From Acidobacteriota bacterium (GTDB lineage Bacteria > Acidobacteriota > UBA4820 > DSQY01), in assembly GCA_049967655.1 (NCBI GenBank), contig JBMFSH010000001.1:1-64000 (forward strand): a stretch of 64,000 bases of DNA. Reading direction: 5' to 3'. This document shows, piece after piece, positions 43,530 to 52,628 of the stretch. The notes below the pieces were generated by a model, which was not told the DNA's origin, did not search any database, and was given only the letters and a program-made list of their open reading frames with translations. A program made the position numbers and the translations under genes. Each line of letters opens with the position of its first letter. Within the stretch, counting starts at the first letter, position 1.

Positions 43530-45016
43530 TCTTCCTTCCCCCGTGCCATTCCTGAAGGCAAGGCTATCAGGAAAGTGGCGCCGGGAGAAGGGGGGGCGCT
43601 GCGCACGCTCAGGGTGCCGCCGTACTGGAGGACCGCGGACCTGGCCAGGCTCAAGCCCAGGCCGGTGCGGTACGGGACGGTGGTGAAAAAGGGCTCGAAG
43701 ATCAGATCGAGGTGGCCCTCCGCGATGCCGGGCCCTTCGTCCTCCACCGAGATGACCGTCAAGCCTTCGGAACGGAGGGCTCGAACCGTGACGGGGCTGC
43801 CGGCGGGGCCGAAGAAGAGGGCGTTCTCGAAGAGATCGGCCAAGCCCTGCGCCAGGGTCTCTCCATCTCCCTGAAGGGCTGGAAGACCGGGCTCGCAATG
43901 GAGCCGGATTCGTTCCGCGTCGAGCTCGGGCCTGCGCTCTCCCGTGATGTCGAGGGCGCGCCGGAGGATGGTCTCCACCTCCACCGTGCCGGACTGGTCC
44001 AGTTCACTCGGGAAGGCGAGCTGCAAGAACCTTCGCACGAGGCGGTCGAGGCGCTTCACCTCACGCAGGACGATCGCGAGGTAGGGTTTGGCCGCGGCGT
44101 CGGAGGAGAGGCTGGTCTCCAGCGCCTGCACGACGGAGCTGATGCCGAACAGGGGGTTTCGGATCTCGTGGGCCAGCCCCTGCAGCATCTTTCTCGTGAG
44201 TTCGAGATCCCGCTGCTGCTTGGCGAGGGCCTGGGCCCTCCGCTCTTCGGTGACCTCGTGCAGAACGTGGAGACAGGCGGGCTGGCCGCCCAGATTGATG
44301 TGCTGGGTGGAGGCGATGAAGGAGCGTCCGCTCCCCGCGTCCGCCCACTCGAGCCCAGAGGCGTCCTGCGTCTGGCACAGCCCGGGGAGGATGTCCGCAC
44401 AGCTCCTCCCGATGCACGCCGGGATCGGCAGCCCGAGGAAGAGCGAGACGGCCATGTTGACCCGGAAGACCCTTCCCGAGCCGTCGTGAATGACGAAGAG
44501 GTCGGAGGAGGCATCGAAGGCCTTCTCCCAGTCGCGCTTGCCCACCGAGAGGACGGATTGGATGCGGATCCTGCCCAGCGTGAGAATGAGCAGGGCGGCC
44601 AGCGCATCGGTCTGCAAGGCTTCCGATGGCGCGGCGCCGGATTGGCCGCCGGAAGCAAGGAGGAGGCAGGGGAACGGCCCCCCAGAAGCATCCAGCGGCA
44701 AGAGGGCATAACCTCCCTCGGCCGCCCGCTCGGCCAAAACCTCAGGCGAAGCGAAGGAGGTGGGGATAGGCTCTTCCTCGCATCGGGTCGGTTCCGCATG
44801 GGGTTCGCCGCCTCCGATGATCCAGCCCTCCAGCGATCCCTTCTCGTCGGGCGCGGAGATCAGGATCGCGCGGCCTCCCTCCGGCAAAGTGCGGGGAAGC
44901 CACCGGCTCAGCGTCTTTGCCACGGCAGGAAGATCGCGGGCCTGGATGAGCTCCATCGCCAGGCCCGTCATGGGCCCCGCGCTCCCCCGTCCCTCCACGG
45001 CGGAGCCGCGCTTCAT
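43526..45016 (-). CDS. Cytoplasmic PAS sensor histidine kinase
   Basis: WEKAFDA PAS start, AHEIRNPL, ENA, DEGPGI, FEPFFTT and TGLGL; the start may be 44971. Confidence 0.9.
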   Translation of the reverse strand: MKRGSAVEGRGSAGPMTGLAMELIQARDLPAVAKTLSRWLPRTLPEGGRAILISAPDEKGSLEGWIIGGGEPHAEPTRCEEEPIPTSFASPEVLAERAAEGGYALLPLDASGGPFPCLLLASGGQSGAAPSEALQTDALAALLILTLGRIRIQSVLSVGKRDWEKAFDASSDLFVIHDGSGRVFRVNMAVSLFLGLPIPACIGRSCADILPGLCQTQDASGLEWADAGSGRSFIASTQHINLGGQPACLHVLHEVTEERRAQALAKQQRDLELTRKMLQGLAHEIRNPLFGISSVVQALETSLSSDAAAKPYLAIVLREVKRLDRLVRRFLQLAFPSELDQSGTVEVETILRRALDITGERRPELDAERIRLHCEPGLPALQGDGETLAQGLADLFENALFFGPAGSPVTVRALRSEGLTVISVEDEGPGIAEGHLDLIFEPFFTTVPYRTGLGLSLARSAVLQYGGTLSVRSAPPSPGATFLIALPSGMARGKEE

Positions 45017-45041
45017 GGGAGAGCCGCTGCCGGCCGCCCAG

Positions 45042-45725
45042 TCACAGCGCGTACCCCGCCGGGGTCAACCACGAGCTTAGAATCTCTCCCAGCCGGTCGA
45101 AGGAGATCGGCTTGGTGAGGAAGTCGTCCGCGTACGAATCCCGCAGCACGGCGATGCGCTGGCTCTCCTTCTTGTAGAGACCGGTCATGACGATCACCCG
45201 GATGTCCCGCGTGGCGGGGTCTTCCTTGATTCGGCGGCAAAAGTGCTTGCCGTCGCAGCGCGGCATGATCTGGTCCGTGAGGATCAGGTCCGGCGCGAAC
45301 TGGCGCGCCATCTGAAACCCCTGCTCTCCGTCCTCGGCCAGTAGTACGCCGTAACCCAGCGCCTCCAAGACGTGGAAGGCGATGAGCCGCGTATTGGGAT
45401 CGTCGTCCACCACCTCGATGAGGGGCCTGCGGAGCGGATTGCCCTCTTCGAGGGGAGGCTTGGCGTTGCCGCGGAAAGAGTAGCGCAGCCTGCGCCGCCA
45501 CAAGCCGGGTGGTGCCGCTTCCCAGAAACGTTTGCGGTATTCGGCGTCGGTGTCGCAGAAGCAGGTGTGGCAGAAGGGACAGACCAGCGTCGGGTTGTCG
45601 GTGATGCATTCGCACCAGTCGCTCTGGCACGCATCGAAGGGCCGGCCGCAGTGTTGGCAGATCACCTCGTAGGTGTCCCGGGCGTCCGGGCTGAGCTCCT
45701 CATGGGCGATCGTATTTTCATTCAT
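45042..45725 (-). CDS. Response regulator with an N-terminal 9-Cys domain
   Basis: CQHC..C..WCEC..CPFCHTCFC, then a receiver (VVDDD, TDQIMP, MTG, TKP); AAGGAGGT RBS. Confidence 0.88.
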   Translation of the reverse strand: MNENTIAHEELSPDARDTYEVICQHCGRPFDACQSDWCECITDNPTLVCPFCHTCFCDTDAEYRKRFWEAAPPGLWRRRLRYSFRGNAKPPLEEGNPLRRPLIEVVDDDPNTRLIAFHVLEALGYGVLLAEDGEQGFQMARQFAPDLILTDQIMPRCDGKHFCRRIKEDPATRDIRVIVMTGLYKKESQRIAVLRDSYADDFLTKPISFDRLGEILSSWLTPAGYAL

Positions 45726-45752
45726 GGCGGACCTCCTTGCTCCCACGAGAGA

Positions 45753-45767
45753 GCAAGTCTGATGCCA
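45753..45767 (-). promoter_or_regulatory. sigma54 promoter of the Cys-REC/kinase/activator operon
   Basis: TGGCAT-CAGAC-TTGC 27 nt before the start codon. Confidence 0.82.
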
Positions 45768-45848
45768 GGATCGGCCGCGGGCTGGCCCTGGTGGAAGGCT
45801 TGTGAAAGCAGGTTCCCAGAGGGGACCACCGCGGCTCTCATCCTGCCC

Positions 45849-45896
45849 GTCGCGAGGTTGAGACCGCCATCCCGGGGATTGGCTCACCTCTGATAC
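45849..45896. promoter_or_regulatory. Putative tandem activator (UAS) sites
   Basis: GTCGCG-AGGT-TGAGAC and GGCTCA-CCTC-TGATAC, 32 bp apart and 82-129 bp upstream of the -24 element. Confidence 0.6.
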
Positions 45897-45996
45897 GGAG
45901 CCGGAGGCAAGGGCGCCTTCTCCCGTTTCCACAGGAGTATGATGAACTGCTGCGGCCGGTCCGGGGGGATCGGGCGACGCGCCAGGAGGGAGTTCG

Positions 45997-46929
45997 ATGA
46001 GTGAGCCGCTAACGCTGGAGAAGGCCGTGGCCATCAGCCGGGACCTAGTCCCGCATGTGAAGGGGATGACGGGGGGGAAGGCGGCTCTCACGGGCGAGTT
46101 CCCCGACGTCTACGTTCTGGACCACCTGCTCGCGCCTTACTACGGCACCGAGTCGCCCACCCGGGAGGTGGCGGACTTCGCCCTGGCCAGCGGCGTTTAC
46201 GTCTCCCTCATGCTGGCCCGCTTCTGGCGCGGCGCCGGACTGGAGCCGTTCTGGCAGGAGGGGGAGCTGGCCGAGTGCGCCATGGGCGTCGAGATCCTCG
46301 GAGCCGATGGCTCCTCCGCCGAGGTGCTCATGGCCTGTCCCTCCGACCTCCACGGTTTCGTCGTCAGCCTGCCCAATCCCTTCCCCTGTTTTGTCAACGC
46401 GTGGTCCTCGCTGCGGCCGGGAGATCCGATCCTGCCGAAGTACCTACTCGGCGCCCTGCTCCTCAGCCACCCTCTGTCCCGCGCCGAGGCCCCGCCGTTG
46501 CCTCCGGGGGAGGGACCCATGGGGCCCGCATTTCTCCAGGCCATGGTGGAGAGCATCGCCCAGTCGTGCGCGCGGGACCTGCAGCCGGCGACCGATTTCG
46601 AGCGACGCCTCCTGGAGGTGTTGTACGAGGCGTGCCTCTGGCCAGCGGTGGGTTCCTACGGGAACGATTACGGCGTTGAGAACATCCGCCTCCTCATACA
46701 GGCCGTGGCCCACGCGGGGCCGGAGAACCGGGAGAGCGTGCTGTCGGCCCTCCGGGCCATGGAGAGAGGTTGGATGGCTGAGGGGGCCTACCTCTCCGGA
46801 CTCCTCCTCCGAGCCATGCTGAACCGGGAGGACCCGCCCGAAGACCGTCTCGGCTTTACCGTACCCGAGACCCGGGACGTGCTGGCCGAAACCTCGCGGC
46901 TCCTGAAGGAGCAGGAGAAGGGTGCGTAG
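45997..46929 (+). CDS. Hypothetical protein
   Basis: 310-aa ORF with an AGGAGG RBS and GC3-rich codons; no family recognised. Confidence 0.75.
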   Translation: MSEPLTLEKAVAISRDLVPHVKGMTGGKAALTGEFPDVYVLDHLLAPYYGTESPTREVADFALASGVYVSLMLARFWRGAGLEPFWQEGELAECAMGVEILGADGSSAEVLMACPSDLHGFVVSLPNPFPCFVNAWSSLRPGDPILPKYLLGALLLSHPLSRAEAPPLPPGEGPMGPAFLQAMVESIAQSCARDLQPATDFERRLLEVLYEACLWPAVGSYGNDYGVENIRLLIQAVAHAGPENRESVLSALRAMERGWMAEGAYLSGLLLRAMLNREDPPEDRLGFTVPETRDVLAETSRLLKEQEKGA

Positions 46930-47000
46930 CCTGCCGAAGGAGTGAAGGGCGGAGCAGCTTTGGATGGCGCCCCGCGTGACGGGGAGAATAACCAAGACGC

Positions 47001-47038
47001 GAAAGGGGGCGCGGGAGATGGGATCCCGCGCCCCCTTC
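47001..47038. terminator. Hairpin terminator between convergent genes
   Basis: AAGGGGGCGCGGGA/TCCCGCGCCCCCTT stem. Confidence 0.7.
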
Positions 47039-47058
47039 CTCATGGAGCGAACCAGGAC

Positions 47059-49062
47059 TCAGGCCGCCTCTTCCTTGGCCCGGCAAGCATCCCAGTACAG
47101 GAATCCCGCCAAGAGAAAGAAGACGATCAGTCCGATCCAGTTTCGAGTTTCTTCTCCGAAGTGAAAGGCCATGGGCTCAATATGAATGTACTCCGTGGCC
47201 ATCTTGGTGAAGCCGTCGGCCACCCCCGCCAGCGCGCCCCCCGCGATGAGGCCTGAGGCGAGCAGGATGCCCTTGTCGTTGCGGGCCTTGGAGAGCCCGG
47301 CGCTCTTCGTGGAGTGCTGAACCAACCAGGCCACGATGGCGCCCAGAAGGATCGGGCTGTTGAGCTCGATGGGCAGATACATGCCGAGGGCGAAGGCCAG
47401 GGCGGAGATCCCCAGCATGGAGACGATGACGGCGATGACGGCGCCCACGGCGTAGAGCATCCAGGGCGCCCCCTGGCCGCCGAGGAAGGCGTTGGCCACC
47501 GCGGCCATGGCGCTCGCCTGGGGCGCCGCCAACGGGTGGGGGTGCTGCGCCGTGGGCGTTCCGTATCCATAGATGTTGGCGAACAGCATGATGACCAAGG
47601 TCACGGTGAAGCTGGCGAAGGCCGAGCCGATAATGTTGCTCCACTGGATCGTCCTCGGCGTGGAGCCCAGCCAGTAGCCGATCTTGAACTGCGTGACGAG
47701 GGAACCGGACATGGAGAGGGCCGTGCAGACCACACCGCCGATGAGCAGGATGGCGAGCATGCCCGCTTTGCCCGAGAGGCCGAGGGCCGACATGATGACC
47801 GCGGCGATGATGAGGGTCGTGAGCGTCATGCCCGAGATGGGAGTCACCGAAATCATGGCCACGGCCCAGGCCGAGACGGCGGAGAAGAGGAAGACGATGA
47901 CGAGGGTCAGGAGGAGGGCCAGGAAGGCAAGGAGCCAGGCCTTCGGCTCGCCGGCCAGGACTGAGAACCGGAAATACAAGAAGATGGCCGCCGAGAGCGC
48001 CACGATCATGGCCACCACCCAGGTCATCTTGATGTCCCGGTCCAAGCGGGAGTCGATCGCCCCCTCCTCGCGCTTCTTGAAGATCTGGGCCAGCATCTGC
48101 TGGAGCGCCTGCTTGATCACCGGGGCCATCTTGAGAATGGAGATGACGCCCGCCGCGAAGATCCCTCCGATGCCGATGTTTCTCACCCCCAGCAGCTTGT
48201 CCCCGAAGATCTGGGTGTAGCTCATGGCCTCGTAGGCGGGGCCTCCCACCTTGGCGAAGAGGGGAACCAGAACGAAGTAGGAGAGCATGGAGCCGGCCAT
48301 GATGATGGAGGCGTACTGGATGCCGATGATGTACCCCAGCCCTAGGACGGCCGCCGACGTACTCATGGCGAAGACGCCCTTGACCTTGTTGGTGAAGAAA
48401 TCCATCCCCTTCAGCGAGGCGGTGGTGAAGGTGTCGGTCCAGGCGTGATAGGAGAGCGCCAGGTAATCCAGCACGATGCCGATCCCCAGGGCGTAGAGAA
48501 GGGTTTTGGCCTGGTTGCCCCCCCGCTCGCCGGTGACCAGGATCTCCGTCGTGGCCGTCGCCTCGGGGAAGGGGAGTTTGCCGTGCATCTCGTGGGTGAA
48601 GTAGCGGCGGAAGGGGATGAGGAAGAGCACGCCCAGCACGGCGCCCAGGAAGGGCACGATGAAGATCTGGAAGAAGCCGCCCTTCAGCCCGAGGATGTAA
48701 ATGGCCGGCATGGTGAAGACCGACCCGCCCACCACGATGCCCGAGGTAGCCCCGATGGCCAGGATGTTCACGTTCTCGATCATGATGCTCTTGCGCGCCA
48801 CCATGGCGGAAAAGCCGATGGCGAGGATGGAGATGGGGATGGCCGTCTCGATGCCCTGGCCGAGCTTGAGGGCGATGTAGGCCGCGGCCGCGGAGAAGAC
48901 GATGGTCATGAAGAGGCCGAAGGTAATGGATCGGGCTGTGACCTCCGGGACGCCGGATTGGGCGCTGATGAGAGGTACGTACTCCTCGCCGGGCTTGAGC
49001 TCCCGGTAGGCATTCTCGGGCAGCTGCGTGGAGTTCTTGGTGGACGGGTCCTGTGCGCTCAT
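47059..49062 (-). CDS. OPT-family oligopeptide transporter
   Basis: LPENAYREL, EVTARS, LPFPEATA..E, PISGMTL, APQA and SGLIAG; many transmembrane segments. Confidence 0.93.
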   Translation of the reverse strand: MSAQDPSTKNSTQLPENAYRELKPGEEYVPLISAQSGVPEVTARSITFGLFMTIVFSAAAAYIALKLGQGIETAIPISILAIGFSAMVARKSIMIENVNILAIGATSGIVVGGSVFTMPAIYILGLKGGFFQIFIVPFLGAVLGVLFLIPFRRYFTHEMHGKLPFPEATATTEILVTGERGGNQAKTLLYALGIGIVLDYLALSYHAWTDTFTTASLKGMDFFTNKVKGVFAMSTSAAVLGLGYIIGIQYASIIMAGSMLSYFVLVPLFAKVGGPAYEAMSYTQIFGDKLLGVRNIGIGGIFAAGVISILKMAPVIKQALQQMLAQIFKKREEGAIDSRLDRDIKMTWVVAMIVALSAAIFLYFRFSVLAGEPKAWLLAFLALLLTLVIVFLFSAVSAWAVAMISVTPISGMTLTTLIIAAVIMSALGLSGKAGMLAILLIGGVVCTALSMSGSLVTQFKIGYWLGSTPRTIQWSNIIGSAFASFTVTLVIMLFANIYGYGTPTAQHPHPLAAPQASAMAAVANAFLGGQGAPWMLYAVGAVIAVIVSMLGISALAFALGMYLPIELNSPILLGAIVAWLVQHSTKSAGLSKARNDKGILLASGLIAGGALAGVADGFTKMATEYIHIEPMAFHFGEETRNWIGLIVFFLLAGFLYWDACRAKEEAA

Positions 49063-49133
49063 GCATCCCCCTTCTCAAAGGTCGGCACCAAAAGAGCTTA
49101 CCGTAAAGTGGTGGGAGGCTCAAGCCAGACGGC

Positions 49134-49161
49134 AGTGGGTGGAGGGTGGAGGGTGGAGAAG
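49134..49161. repeat. Heptamer tandem repeat (GGAGGGT)n
   Basis: AGTGGGT GGAGGGT GGAGGGT GGAGAAG; the same unit occurs at 62084-62104. Confidence 0.6.
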
Positions 49162-49522
49162 AGTGCGCGGCCTGGCGGAGGCTTCTCCAGAGGTTGATGC
49201 GCTGGCTGACCGAGGCGCGCCTTTTCAGCTCTCCGTCGGCTGGGCCCCTCTGCGGCCGAACCGTCATGGTTCGTCCTTCATCCCGTTTGTGACGCCTGGG
49301 GGCGCACGCTATTCTCAGATCGACTTCAAGGGGTTCCGGGGTTGCAGCGCCAAGCCAGGTGGTGGCTGGCATGGGAAGGCTCTCTCGGGCCGCCAATCTT
49401 TTTTACGGCATCGCCGCCCTGCTCGGCGTGATCGCCGCGTGCGGGGCTAACTCCGCGTGGCCCGCTTGGCGCTCGCGGCCCATTGGGCTAGGATTATCCC
49501 CTGACTCCAGGGGAGGAGCGCC

Positions 49523-51376
49523 ATGAGCCGCAGAGATGGCGCGGCCCCCGCCGGCGGGCGCGGCCGCGTTCAAATTCGCTACCTGGATGGCCGGCGCTTC
49601 CGCCGCGCGGTCCTGGCGGGCATCGAATGGTTGCACCAGCAGCGAGAGCACCTCAATGAGATCAACGTTTATCCCGTTCCCGATGCGGACACGGGGACCA
49701 ACATGTCCCTCACCATGCGCTCGGCGGCCGAGGGGCTGAAGCAGCAACTCGACAGGGCCATCGAACTGACGAGCCGGGACATGGCCGACCACGCCATTCT
49801 CGGCTCGCAGGGGAATTCCGGCGCCATCCTCGCGCAATTCCTCAAGGGGCTTTCCGACGGCTTGAGGGGCAAGGCGCGCATCACCACCATGGAGTTCGCC
49901 CAGGCGGCCGAGCGGGCCAAGCACTCCGCGTACGCCGCCCTGGCGAGGCCTCGGGAGGGAACCATCCTGACGGTGATCAAGGACTGGTGCGACCACATCG
50001 AGTCCCGCTGGATGGAGTCGGAAGACTTCGTTGATCTGTTGAAGGGCGCCCTGGCAAAGGCGAAGGAATCGCTGAAGAGAACTCCCGACCAGCTCCAGGT
50101 GCTCAAGGACCACGGCGTCGTGGATGCGGGTGCGGCGGGCTTCATCAATCTGCTGGAGGGGATCACCGAATATGTTGAGACGGGCAACATTAGGGCCTCA
50201 GCCGTCCCGGTGGCGCCGGACGAGAGGGAAAAGCTCGTACCCCACGTGCGCCTCCTGTACGGAGAACGACCTCAGCTCCTCACCTATCGCTACTGCACGG
50301 AGTGCGTCGTGCGGACTCCCATGCCCGTCCAGCGCTCGCTGCTCGAGTCCGAACTCCAATCGCTCGGTGATTCGCTCGTGGTGGTCATGGGCGACAGCGT
50401 CGTGAAGATTCACCTTCACACTAACGAACCCAGCCGGCTCTACGAGGTGGCCGGGCGTTTCGGCGTCATCCTCCGAAGGAAGTGCGACGACATGCAGGCC
50501 CAGCACGTCCAGGCCGTCTCCGCTCCCATGGGCGTGGCTGTGGTAACGGACTCGGCCTGCGATCTGCCGCCGGAGCTCCTCGCCAGAGAGTCGATCACCG
50601 TGGTACCGCTCAAGGTGATCTTCGGGGAGGAGGTGTTCCTGGACAGGATCGAGATGAGCCCCTCGGGATTCCTCGACCGCTGCCGAACCTCGCCCCAACA
50701 CCCCAAGACCAGCCAACCCACCGTGAACGATTTCCTGCAGGGATACGAACTGGCGGCGCGCCAAGGCCGGGAGATCGTGGTGGTCTGCCTCTCCGGTGCG
50801 GTCAGCGGGACCTTCGAGGCGGCGCGAACGGCCGCTGCGCAGTTTAAGGGCGCGGCGGTCCACGTGGTGGACAGCCGCTCCGTCTCCGTGGCGGAGGGTC
50901 TGCTCGTGAGGGAGGCCTTGGACATGGCGGAGGCCGGCGAGAGCGGGACGGCCATCGCGGAGAGGCTCGAAGAGCTGAAGACGCGGGTCCGCCTCTTCGT
51001 ATCGCTCAGGAGTCTGGACTTCGCCCACCGCGGCGGCCGTGTGAGCGCGGGAAAGAACCTCCTGGCCAAGATGCTGGGCATCAAGCCGGTGGTCTCCTTC
51101 AACGCCGAGGGCAAGATCTTTTCCGCGGGCGCGGCCTTCGGCAACCGTCGAGTGGAGGCGAAGGTGGTGGCCCTCGCCCGCGCGGAGTGGAGCCGGTACA
51201 AGCGTTTCCGGGTGGCCGTCGCCCACATGGACGCTCCCGAGGTGGCGCGCTACTACGCCGAGCGCATCAGGGCTCTGGCCGGCGTCGCCGACGTGCCGGT
51301 GGTGGAGGCAACGCCGGTCCTCGGCACGCACTCGGGGCCGGGTGCGGCGGCCATCGCCGTCCTGGGGCTCGCTTGA
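49523..51376 (+). CDS. Fatty acid kinase fusion: DAK2/FakA-like domain plus DegV/FakB domain
   Basis: INVYPVPDADTGTNM, GNSG.I..QF, EGTILTV, VVDAG and YCTE..KIHLHT; then VTDS, KTSQP, SGT, RGGR and HSGPG. Confidence 0.92.
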   Translation: MSRRDGAAPAGGRGRVQIRYLDGRRFRRAVLAGIEWLHQQREHLNEINVYPVPDADTGTNMSLTMRSAAEGLKQQLDRAIELTSRDMADHAILGSQGNSGAILAQFLKGLSDGLRGKARITTMEFAQAAERAKHSAYAALARPREGTILTVIKDWCDHIESRWMESEDFVDLLKGALAKAKESLKRTPDQLQVLKDHGVVDAGAAGFINLLEGITEYVETGNIRASAVPVAPDEREKLVPHVRLLYGERPQLLTYRYCTECVVRTPMPVQRSLLESELQSLGDSLVVVMGDSVVKIHLHTNEPSRLYEVAGRFGVILRRKCDDMQAQHVQAVSAPMGVAVVTDSACDLPPELLARESITVVPLKVIFGEEVFLDRIEMSPSGFLDRCRTSPQHPKTSQPTVNDFLQGYELAARQGREIVVVCLSGAVSGTFEAARTAAAQFKGAAVHVVDSRSVSVAEGLLVREALDMAEAGESGTAIAERLEELKTRVRLFVSLRSLDFAHRGGRVSAGKNLLAKMLGIKPVVSFNAEGKIFSAGAAFGNRRVEAKVVALARAEWSRYKRFRVAVAHMDAPEVARYYAERIRALAGVADVPVVEATPVLGTHSGPGAAAIAVLGLA

Positions 51377-52023
51377 ACGGATCGCTCCTGCCCCTCCTGC
51401 CGGCCATACTCCTCTCCTACTTGGCCGGCTCCTTCCCCACGAGCATCCTGGTGTCCCGCTTGGTGAAGGGCATCGACATCCGCCAGCACGGGAGCGGCAA
51501 CGCGGGCGGCACCAACGTGCTGCGCGTGGTGGGCTGGAAGGCGGCCCTCTTGGTGGCGCTGGTGGATGTGGGCAAGGGCTGGCTGGCTGCCGCGGTGATC
51601 TCGCGCCTCTCCTTCGGTGGTGCGTCTCCCGAGCCGGTGGTGGCCATGACGGTCGCCGGTGCCGCCGCCGTCGTGGGGCACGTCTATCCCGTCTTCGCCG
51701 GCTTCCGGGGAGGCAAGGGCGTGGGGACCACCGCGGGCATGATGATCGCCGTCCATCCTCTCGTGCTGGCCGCCTGCGCACCCCTATTTGTCGTCACCGT
51801 GCTCGCGACACGGATGGTCTCCCTGGGGTCGGTGCTCGCGGCCACCTCCTTCCCGCTGCTGCTCTGGGCCATGAGCGGGACGAGCTGGGTGAGGGAAAAC
51901 CCTTGGCCGTTTTGGATCGTTGCCGGTCTCGCGCTGTTCATCGTGGTGAAGCATCGAAGCAACATCCTTCGCATCCTGGCCGGTACCGAGAACCGGCTGG
52001 GCCGCCGACCCTCCGCCAGCTAA
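51373..52023 (+). CDS. plsY: Acyl-phosphate:glycerol-3-phosphate acyltransferase
   Basis: YLAGSFP, DIRQHGSGNAGGTN, DVGKG, GHVYPVF..FRGGKGV.T and KHRSNI.R...GTE; TTGA overlap with the upstream stop. Confidence 0.95.
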   Translation: MNGSLLPLLPAILLSYLAGSFPTSILVSRLVKGIDIRQHGSGNAGGTNVLRVVGWKAALLVALVDVGKGWLAAAVISRLSFGGASPEPVVAMTVAGAAAVVGHVYPVFAGFRGGKGVGTTAGMMIAVHPLVLAACAPLFVVTVLATRMVSLGSVLAATSFPLLLWAMSGTSWVRENPWPFWIVAGLALFIVVKHRSNILRILAGTENRLGRRPSAS

Positions 52024-52119
52024 GCGCTTGCCCGAGGGCATTCCAGAGATGAGCCGCACTCTTGTTTCACCGGTTTCAGCCACCATCTATTGTACTGCAC
52101 AATCATTCAACACAACCTC

Positions 52120-52148
52120 TTGACTCCGGAAAAGATTGGGCTTATATT
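52120..52148 (+). promoter_or_regulatory. sigma70 promoter
   Basis: TTGACT-N17-TATATT in an AT-rich gap. Confidence 0.7.
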
Positions 52149-52223
52149 AGTACAAGCACCAGGTATGGTACATCCTGGACGGTGTCGGGCGAGTGGTGGT
52201 GGTTCTTGTATAAGGAGGACGTA

Positions 52224-52490
52224 ATGGTGGAGAAAGCCAAGACCAAGACGGCGACCCCCAAGCCTGCGGCCAAGAAGCCCGCGGCGAAGAAACCCGCTGT
52301 GAAGAAAGCCGCGGCCAAGAAGCCCGCGGCCAAGAAGGTCACCAAGGCCGCGGCGAAACCGGCCGCCAAGAAGACCGCCGTCAAGAAGACGACCACCAAG
52401 GCGGCCCCGAAGAAGACGGCAAGCAAGGCCGCCGCCAAGAAGACCACCGCGAAGAAGGCCGTGGCCAAGAAGCCCGCTGACAAGAAGTAA
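52224..52490 (+). CDS. Histone H1-like Lys/Ala-rich nucleoid protein
   Basis: TAAGGAGG RBS; 88 aa dominated by (P/A/T)AAKK-type repeats. Confidence 0.85.
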   Translation: MVEKAKTKTATPKPAAKKPAAKKPAVKKAAAKKPAAKKVTKAAAKPAAKKTAVKKTTTKAAPKKTASKAAAKKTTAKKAVAKKPADKK

Positions 52491-52506
52491 TCGGTAGGCC
52501 CATGTG

Positions 52507-52577
52507 GTGGCCCGTCGCCTCACGGCGGGCCACCTCCGTTTCTTGAAAAAAGGCGGCCCCGAGCGGGCCGTTTTTTC
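52507..52577 (+). terminator. Tandem terminator hairpins
   Basis: GTGGCCCGTCG..CGGCGGGCCAC, then GAAAAAAGGCGGCCC..GGGCCGTTTTTTC (looks bidirectional). Confidence 0.75.
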
Positions 52578-52628
52578 GCGGTGCGCCGATCGCTCCGCGA
52601 TGTCCCCGCGGGCCGGAACAGGTGACGA

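Noticed and set aside
45567..45581. CPFCH as a c-type heme site
   Set aside because: The protein is a cytoplasmic receiver with no export signal, and the motif is part of a larger Cys cluster
49165..49500. Possible ncRNA or small gene between the OPT and fak genes
   Set aside because: I could not identify an RNA motif, an RBS-supported ORF or a strong fold; left unassigned
52255..52487. DNA repeats as a CRISPR array or VNTR
   Set aside because: They are codon-level repeats of the AAKK protein, with no constant repeat-spacer structure
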